Assembly (NCBI GenBank): GCA_963668025.2
Contig: CAXXTH010000017.1
Location: 576,001-640,000 of the forward strand
Direction of reading: 5' to 3'
DNA from: Candidatus Hydrogenedentota bacterium
GTDB taxonomy: Bacteria; Hydrogenedentota; Hydrogenedentia; Hydrogenedentales; SLHB01
Length of the DNA stretch: 64,000 nucleotides
Under the pieces are notes generated by a model. That model searched no databases. It was not told where the DNA came from and saw only the letters and a list, made by a program, of their open reading frames with translations. Positions 57,905 through 64,000 of this stretch are shown piece after piece. Numbering within the stretch: position 1 is the first letter of the stretch; each line of letters starts with the position of its first letter. Position numbers and translations under genes: made by a program.

Positions 57905-58726
57905 CTACTCGATTGGCTCCACCGCCAAGGGCATGTTCATGAGGGCAATGACGCTAGAGGGATGAGAGGCTCGCGCACGCCGTTTAGGCTGGCCTTCTTC
58001 GGCTGGCCGGAAAAGGCTGAGCTGCTCGAAAGGCGCTTTCAACGAAAGGAGCGGGGGCGGATTCTTGCCCAATTTCCATGCGGCGGCCTCAGCAGCCTTG
58101 CGGATCATCGCGCATGCCCGTGCGGGCGGTATGTGAACAGCCCCCGTGTAGCGGCGCGCATACTCCGCCTCGGTGCATTCTTCACCGGTTCCGGGCATGA
58201 CGCCCCGCTTCACCGCACACGTGACTATGCCCGGTGCAAAAGCCTCTGCTTCTTGGGTGAACGCCCGGTCGCCCGCCCCGAAAAATGCGGGCACGCCCAA
58301 TTCGGCCGCGCATAAAGCAAGCTGGCCGAACTCACCAATCGATACGCCGTTCACCGACAGGTCGATGTACTGCATGTTTTGCGTGTGTGGCAAATGGGCG
58401 TGTTCCGTCGAAGCCTTCGCGTGCTGGCCCACCCAAGCAACGCCATCAAATGTGTCATCCAATCCAAAAGGCCAGGCCGGATGCCAGCCACGGGAATACT
58501 CGGCGCGTGGGTCAAGATGGATAAAGTCAATTCCCCCAGCGCCATGGCCATCCACGGCCAATACTTCATCCGCGCCCCCAGCGAAAAATCCGTCAATCGC
58601 CGCATTCGCCTCTTGCGTGAGCAGGCGGCGGCCCATTTCATAATATCGCGATTCCGGGAAACACCACGTTGGAAAATCCAGTACGCCGGAAACGCCTTCC
58701 ATATCGGTCATGAGGCAAATCTTCAT
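57905..58726 (-). CDS. M55 family D-aminopeptidase (DppA-like)
   Basis: DMEGVSG, DGHG, GQHA, HT and IGEFG. Confidence 0.88.
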   Translation of the reverse strand: MKICLMTDMEGVSGVLDFPTWCFPESRYYEMGRRLLTQEANAAIDGFFAGGADEVLAVDGHGAGGIDFIHLDPRAEYSRGWHPAWPFGLDDTFDGVAWVGQHAKASTEHAHLPHTQNMQYIDLSVNGVSIGEFGQLALCAAELGVPAFFGAGDRAFTQEAEAFAPGIVTCAVKRGVMPGTGEECTEAEYARRYTGAVHIPPARACAMIRKAAEAAAWKLGKNPPPLLSLKAPFEQLSLFRPAEEGQPKRRARASHPSSVIALMNMPLAVEPIE

Positions 58727-59925
58727 TATCCATTTCCTATAACACGTGAGCCGTCTGAAGCATGGGCGCTATCTACATTCGTTTCGCGCAATACTTTCTG
58801 ATATGCCTCCTCGAGCGTTTGCGCATAGTCCTGCGGCTGATGCCGCCATTCCACATCAAGCCGGGCCTGCCGGCCCAATGTCTGCCGCAACCCTTCGTCG
58901 CGGAGCAATAACACAAGGGCTTCCGCGAAAGCCGCTTCATCGCCATCCTCGACGACGAGCCCATTGCGCCCGTTTTCCAGGGGATGCGCGCCGCCATGGC
59001 ATGCCACGATCGCCTTTCCCGCCGCCATGGCGTTCAGCAGTTTCATGGGATAACCGGACCATGACACGCGCGGGCACGCCACAACAGCGCTGCGCTGCAA
59101 TACCTTCCGCAAGGCGTCCAGATCGGGCGTGGCGCATACTTCGCACGGTTCCAGCGGACCCAGCGCCGCCGATGCAATCCGGGATGCCGTGGCAATGCAC
59201 AGAACTGCTTCCGGCATCACGCGGCGCACCTGCCGCATGGCGCGGCCCAGCAAAGGCAGATTTTGGTAGGCGTCCAGATTGCCCATATACAAGACCACGG
59301 GCGCATTCGCGGGCGGCCCGCTAAACACCGCATCAAACAGCGCCGCGTCACACGCGGGTGGCGCGACGGATACCTTCCCGGGACGGCACCCGCAGGCGAT
59401 CAAATAATCCACGAGGACGCGATGAGGCGCGATCACCCCGTCCGCATGGGGCGGCAAATGCCGGTCCAGCCAAGCCCCAACGCCCGCAGCGCCAGGGATG
59501 CGCGGGAGGAAATAGGGCAATTCGTCGGCCATGGCGTTATGGGCGTGATAGAGCAGCGGAATATGCATTCTCCCGCACCCACGCAGCGCCGCCAATGACG
59601 CCAGCAACCCTTCGTAGTTGTGGGCATGCACTAACTCGATATGCTGTTCGCGCACCAACCGGCGAAGTGCGGCGGCGAGTGCGGCGTCAGCCACTGGCTT
59701 CATGAAAGCTGGCCCCGCCGCCGTCCGGCGCAAGCCGGGAATGTGCGTGCAACGGTGAATCGCCATGCCACAAGGTGCGTCTCCAATTCCATAAGAGTAC
59801 ACCACAAGATGGACTTCATGGCCCCGTTCCATCAACGCCCGAGCGGTTCCCTCGAGCAGCACCTGAGAACCTTGCGGCACGGGAAAAGGGCATGCGCCCA
59901 CCATGGCGATGCGTAATGGTTTCAT
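58726..59925 (-). CDS. GT4 glycosyltransferase
   Basis: PFPVPQG, HAHNYE and GYPMKLLNAMAAGK. Confidence 0.88.
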   Translation of the reverse strand: MKPLRIAMVGACPFPVPQGSQVLLEGTARALMERGHEVHLVVYSYGIGDAPCGMAIHRCTHIPGLRRTAAGPAFMKPVADAALAAALRRLVREQHIELVHAHNYEGLLASLAALRGCGRMHIPLLYHAHNAMADELPYFLPRIPGAAGVGAWLDRHLPPHADGVIAPHRVLVDYLIACGCRPGKVSVAPPACDAALFDAVFSGPPANAPVVLYMGNLDAYQNLPLLGRAMRQVRRVMPEAVLCIATASRIASAALGPLEPCEVCATPDLDALRKVLQRSAVVACPRVSWSGYPMKLLNAMAAGKAIVACHGGAHPLENGRNGLVVEDGDEAAFAEALVLLLRDEGLRQTLGRQARLDVEWRHQPQDYAQTLEEAYQKVLRETNVDSAHASDGSRVIGNG

Positions 59926-59928
59926 ATG

Positions 59929-61533
59929 CTACTCCAAATACCCGAGCGCCCGCAGGCGCTCTTCGATGATGCGCTCTTCTTCCTCGCTGTACGGCGCGGG
60001 CGGCATTTCTACGTCGCTAAACACATCGCCGGAGTGGGGGAGGGCGTCTTGGCGGAACAGATCAACGCCTTCCAAGGGCGGCCCTTGCACTCCGAGGCGC
60101 GCGAGAACCGTCGGGGCCACATCGAACAGGCTTGCCCGTCGTGCCAACGAGGGTTCTGATAGGAACAACACGCCCGTGGGCCGATGGCTGCCGTTCATGC
60201 CGCGCTCCTTGCCGCCGAGACGCTCCGCCGGGCCAATACGCCGGAAGCATGGGCCGCCCCGGCTCCGCAAGCAGGCATGGGAATATCCGTCCTCAAGCGC
60301 CAGCTCGAGAATAATGTCCGGCGCTTCGGAAACATATGGCCCTTCGTACAGCTCCTCGCGCCGCCAAGCCTTGGCTACGGGAGGCCAGGCTTCAAGCGTC
60401 GCGCACAGGTCCGTGCAGAACGCGCCATAATCAGATGGCTCCACTTGGCCCAGCGCCTCGCGCCCACGCAGATTCACCCGGATCGACGGGAAGTAGTTGA
60501 GTTCCTCCGACCACGCCCGCGTGGCGGGCCAATGGATGCCGCCAAAACGGGAGCGGCTTTCCGCCTTCGACGCCAGCCCATGGAATCGGCGGAACAGGCG
60601 GCCTTGCCAGCTCGAGGGAATCGTAGCCAAGGCCAGGCCTTTGAGCCAGCTATCGGATGTGGATGCGAACGCCAAAAGACCTTGTTCCGCCAGCCAATTG
60701 TTCAGATGGACCACGCCCGTGCCCGCGCCGCCAAATCCATGATCCGACACCACGCCCACGGTGCAATCGCCGCCTGCGGCGGACTCGAGCGCGCCCACGG
60801 CTTCATCAAGCCGGGCATACACCCGCAGAACGGCATCCTCGAATCCGGTAAGCTGTCCGCTGGCGCGCGGCGAAGCGGGATCGTGAAACGCCCAGAAATG
60901 ATGCGCCACGGTATCCGATTCGCCGAAGACCAGCATGAAAAAATCCCAAGGCTCTTCCGCCAGCAGTTCGCAAGCGATACGCTGCTTGATGGCGATGCCC
61001 TCGAGTAGTTTCGGCAAGGCCTGCGCATGCCAGCCGGGGCCGATATGGGACTCCTGGAAATCAGCGAAGCGCCAATCCCGCACTCGAGGATAGTATGCCG
61101 GCGGATACACGAAGGAACGATCCACGCGGGTGGCGACCGGCGAATCAAATCCCGACACCAGCACGCCGTTCACGGGCTCCGGCGGATACGTGGCCGGAAC
61201 GCCCAGCACACAAACACGCCGCCCGGCCTTCGACAAAACATTCCACAAGGCGGGCGCGCGGCGGTAGGTGGCGTTGGTGAAACGCAAGGCATAAGCCCCC
61301 GGCGCAGGTGTAGTAAAGTCAAACACGCCATGCCGCCCGGGATTCACGCCCGTAACACAAGTAGTCCATGCGGGGAATGTGGCGGGGGGGGTTACGCTCG
61401 CGCACGGCATGAATGCGCCTTCGTTGAGCAATCGGGCCAGATGCGGCAAGTGGCCCTCGCGCATCCAGCGTTCGAGCAGCGAATGCTCCGCCCCATCAAG
61501 GCCTATCAGTAGAAATCGCGGCATGGAGGGCAT
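59929..61533 (-). CDS. Alkaline phosphatase superfamily / type I phosphodiesterase
   Basis: IGLDGA, TFPAW, PGRHG, SDHGF, GSHR and ERLRALGYL. Confidence 0.88.
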   Translation of the reverse strand: MPSMPRFLLIGLDGAEHSLLERWMREGHLPHLARLLNEGAFMPCASVTPPATFPAWTTCVTGVNPGRHGVFDFTTPAPGAYALRFTNATYRRAPALWNVLSKAGRRVCVLGVPATYPPEPVNGVLVSGFDSPVATRVDRSFVYPPAYYPRVRDWRFADFQESHIGPGWHAQALPKLLEGIAIKQRIACELLAEEPWDFFMLVFGESDTVAHHFWAFHDPASPRASGQLTGFEDAVLRVYARLDEAVGALESAAGGDCTVGVVSDHGFGGAGTGVVHLNNWLAEQGLLAFASTSDSWLKGLALATIPSSWQGRLFRRFHGLASKAESRSRFGGIHWPATRAWSEELNYFPSIRVNLRGREALGQVEPSDYGAFCTDLCATLEAWPPVAKAWRREELYEGPYVSEAPDIILELALEDGYSHACLRSRGGPCFRRIGPAERLGGKERGMNGSHRPTGVLFLSEPSLARRASLFDVAPTVLARLGVQGPPLEGVDLFRQDALPHSGDVFSDVEMPPAPYSEEEERIIEERLRALGYLE

Positions 61534-61694
61534 TGTAGCAAACCATGCGCTTCGCGCACGTTATAATTCCAAAGATGGGCCATTAAGTTGATTCCATACC
61601 AACCGGCAGGTAGAATTCACACTAATTACGCTGCGTCTTGGGCGCGGCGAAAAATCAAACCTAACCCTATTGCCGGATACACGGAAAATCATAT

Positions 61695-62150
61695 ATGAGC
61701 ATTCTCGGAATTGATATACCGGAAGAAGCAGTGTGCTTATTCTCCGAGCCCATCGCCAAGCACGACATGCTGGCCCAGCTTGCCCATGCCGTGGCATCCA
61801 CGGGAGCGATCACGAACGAGGAAAACTTCGTCAAGGCCCTCTTCGACCGGGAGCAGGTCATGAGCACGGGCATCGGTTCGGGTGTGGCTATCCCGCATGT
61901 GCGCATCGAGGAAGTGACCAGGCCCGCACTGGGCGTGGGCATTTCCAAGACGGGCGTCGAGTACGACACCCTCGATAATGACCCGGTCTATGTGGTGGTG
62001 CTATTCGCCATGCCGGCAGGCTCGCACAAGGAATATCTCAAGCTCCTTGCGGAAGTCATGATGCAGCTTAAAGCGCCGGGTTTCACGGAAGAGCTGAGGG
62101 CATGCACGACGGCCAAGCAGATTATCAGCCTCATGACGGAAGGGGTTTGA
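61695..62150 (+). CDS. PTS IIA (Fru/Ntr-type) protein
   Basis: REQVMSTGIGSGVAIPH. Confidence 0.9.
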   Translation: MSILGIDIPEEAVCLFSEPIAKHDMLAQLAHAVASTGAITNEENFVKALFDREQVMSTGIGSGVAIPHVRIEEVTRPALGVGISKTGVEYDTLDNDPVYVVVLFAMPAGSHKEYLKLLAEVMMQLKAPGFTEELRACTTAKQIISLMTEGV

Positions 62151-62168
62151 ACAGCCCACTGCACTACA

Positions 62169-62720
62169 TTATAGCGCCAGCCGGATCTGTTCAAGCGAGG
62201 GCTCGCCAAAACAACGCCGGATAATATCCTCGATACCCGCATGCAGCCCCTTCCCGCGCCGCCGCCGGTTGCAGGGGAAATCAAAGGCTCCATCTTGAAC
62301 GGCAAGCACCGGGATATCATCTTCCGATAGCGCCAGAGGCCACAGGTAGCAACTGAACGGTTTTACACGCACGGGGTCATAGCCGCGCTTGAGCGCCGCC
62401 GCATGAAGGCTGCACCACACGGCCCCCTTCGACCGGTAGGCGAATGCGCAGAGGCCGTTTTCATCCGCCGCCAGAACCGTTTCGCCGTCGCTGGACTCCT
62501 CGAATACCTCGGAGTGGCGCAAGCGGGACGCAAAACGCATGGCGTCGCCCAGCCAGCCTACCGCCGCGGATTGTTCCGCATCAGACACCACGACTTCATA
62601 GCAGGCGCAACAGCTCGTTTGCCCCGCGCATAAAACCGGGTCGCATATGTGGGCGATCCCGCGCAAGGCCTTCAGGTCGGCGCGGAGCGTGCCCGCAAAA
62701 CCAGTAATCTCGATATGCAT
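62169..62720 (-). CDS. Cys-rich DUF3109/CxxCxxCC-like protein
   Basis: C...C...CC, GLCAF, CSLH and KPFSCYLWPL. Confidence 0.7.
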   Translation of the reverse strand: MHIEITGFAGTLRADLKALRGIAHICDPVLCAGQTSCCACYEVVVSDAEQSAAVGWLGDAMRFASRLRHSEVFEESSDGETVLAADENGLCAFAYRSKGAVWCSLHAAALKRGYDPVRVKPFSCYLWPLALSEDDIPVLAVQDGAFDFPCNRRRRGKGLHAGIEDIIRRCFGEPSLEQIRLAL

Positions 62721-62760
62721 GTATGGGCCTTTGAAACAGTAGCGCCCCAGCGATTTGTTT

Positions 62761-63654
62761 CTATCCTTGGTGATGCACCGTCATCCACGGGAGCGTCAGC
62801 GCGCGCAGTATCGTGGCCACGGCGCGGGATTTGTTCAGGCAATAAAAATGCACGCCCCGGCATCCTCGTGCGACCAAATCTTCCACCTGGCGGGTGGCAT
62901 GATACACCCCCACGTCAAACTGGCCTTGCGGGTCATCCATATGCGACTCGAGGCGGGCCAGCAATTCAGGCGGAAGCGTGCTGCCGCATAAGGACGAAAT
63001 GCGCTTGATCTGGTGAAGATTCGTGACCGGCAAAATGCCGGGAACTATCGGCACATGGATGCCCAGCGCTCCACACCGATCACGGAACCGGTAAAAATCG
63101 TCATTATCATAAAAAAGCTGGGTGATAATGATATCCGCCCCGGCGTCCACTTTACGTTTCAAGTGATCGAGGTCCGCGGCGCGATTGGGGGCCTCCATGT
63201 GCGTTTCCGGGTACCCAGCGACAGCCACGCCAAAATCGGGAAATTCGCTCCGAATCAAGGCGACCAATTCGTTCGCATGCCGGAAACCGCCCTCGACTAC
63301 CGGAAACTCCGAAGCCCCCTGCGGCGCATCGCCACGCAACGCCATGATAAAATCCACATGCCGCGTTCGAGCGTCACGCAAATAATCCCGCAATTGATCC
63401 GCCGTCGAACCGACACAGGTTAAATGCGCGGCAACATGCACGGAAAACTCATTGTGAACCCGCTCAACGATATCGAGCGTCCTTCCTTGAGTCGAGCCGC
63501 CAGCGCCATACGTACAAGTCATGTAGGAAGGCCCAAACCGCATCAATTCTTGGATATGCTGGAACAAGTCGTTTTCACTGGCGTCTGTCTTGGGCGGAAA
63601 TAGCTCTATCGATATCGCTACTTTGTCAGAATGGTAGAAGTCCGCTAACTGCAT
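62761..63654 (-). CDS. metF: 5,10-methylenetetrahydrofolate reductase
   Basis: SIELFPPK, TYGAGGS, AHLTC, LRGD, AGYPE and ITQLF. Confidence 0.96.
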   Translation of the reverse strand: MQLADFYHSDKVAISIELFPPKTDASENDLFQHIQELMRFGPSYMTCTYGAGGSTQGRTLDIVERVHNEFSVHVAAHLTCVGSTADQLRDYLRDARTRHVDFIMALRGDAPQGASEFPVVEGGFRHANELVALIRSEFPDFGVAVAGYPETHMEAPNRAADLDHLKRKVDAGADIIITQLFYDNDDFYRFRDRCGALGIHVPIVPGILPVTNLHQIKRISSLCGSTLPPELLARLESHMDDPQGQFDVGVYHATRQVEDLVARGCRGVHFYCLNKSRAVATILRALTLPWMTVHHQG

Positions 63655-63804
63655 GATGGCTTCCCGGATTCCTTTCTTTCGTACATGTACTGCTTCATCC
63701 GGATTATTGTATGCGGCATCGCTCCAAGCCGCAACCTTTTATTTAATGAGAAATCGAAGCCTAAGATAGCATGAACCATGCTTTTATGCGGATAATGGGC
63801 AAGA

Positions 63805-63884
63805 TAAAAACTTGAGGGCCCTCGATGCGGGGGGGGTTGCTATCGAGGGCCCTGCCGGGACCGTGCGCTTCGTCATGTAACGCC
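63805..63884 (-). ncRNA. Candidate ~80-nt sRNA ending in a 12-bp hairpin with a C8 loop and U-tract
   Basis: Bounded by a sigma54 motif and AGGGCCCTCGAT...ATCGAGGGCCCT-CAAG-TTTTT. Confidence 0.5.
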
Positions 63885-63894
63885 ACTACGAGGG

Positions 63895-63910
63895 AGCAAC
63901 GTTTATGCCA
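63895..63910 (-). promoter_or_regulatory. Sigma54 (-24/-12) promoter motif
   Basis: TGGCATAAACGTTGCT, exact GG-N10-GC spacing. Confidence 0.65.
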
Positions 63911-64000
63911 AATCTATTCCCATTCCAGAAAACGGCGCTAACTATCTTATTTGTAATGAGTTATAGCTTCTATCGCCAACCCAGGCCATACATGCCATTA

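Noticed and set aside
63655-63900. SAM riboswitch upstream of metF
   Set aside because: I could not find the SAM-I core (AUC...AGA...GAU with kink-turn) or other SAM riboswitch motifs by eye; an Rfam scan would be decisive.

Overview
GC-rich bacterial chromosomal window; the host may be a Hydrogenedentota/PVC-like anaerobe, which is a weak inference from gene content and repeat families. Housekeeping and envelope genes include gltB/gltD, icd, metF, xerD, rfbD/rfbB, wzm/wzt, many glycosyltransferases, a partial T2SS pseudopilin cluster, two sensor kinases and an orphan Dam methylase. The main finding is a minus-strand operon at about 5985-12707 that looks like an undescribed RiPP-like system. 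A sigma70 promoter precedes two short Cys-free ORFs missed by the ORF track (45 aa and 38 aa). Both have ranthipeptide-type M(K/N)HI(K/R) N-termini, a helical amphipathic/hydrophobic core and a C-terminal KK+4 motif. They are followed by two RimJ/RimL GNATs, a CPBP intramembrane protease, an ABC exporter and an RRE-pseudo-radical-SAM/SPASM-GNAT fusion. The fusion has lost the CxxxCxxC and AuxI cysteines but keeps the AuxII cysteines. Other notable items: a candidate sigma54-driven C-rich sRNA, a MITE with 16-bp TIRs and an 8-bp TSD, a RelE-type TA module between gltB and gltD, a degenerate hybrid kinase, REP doublets, and four clustered +1 frameshifts. All assignments come from reading motifs by eye; no database searches were run.
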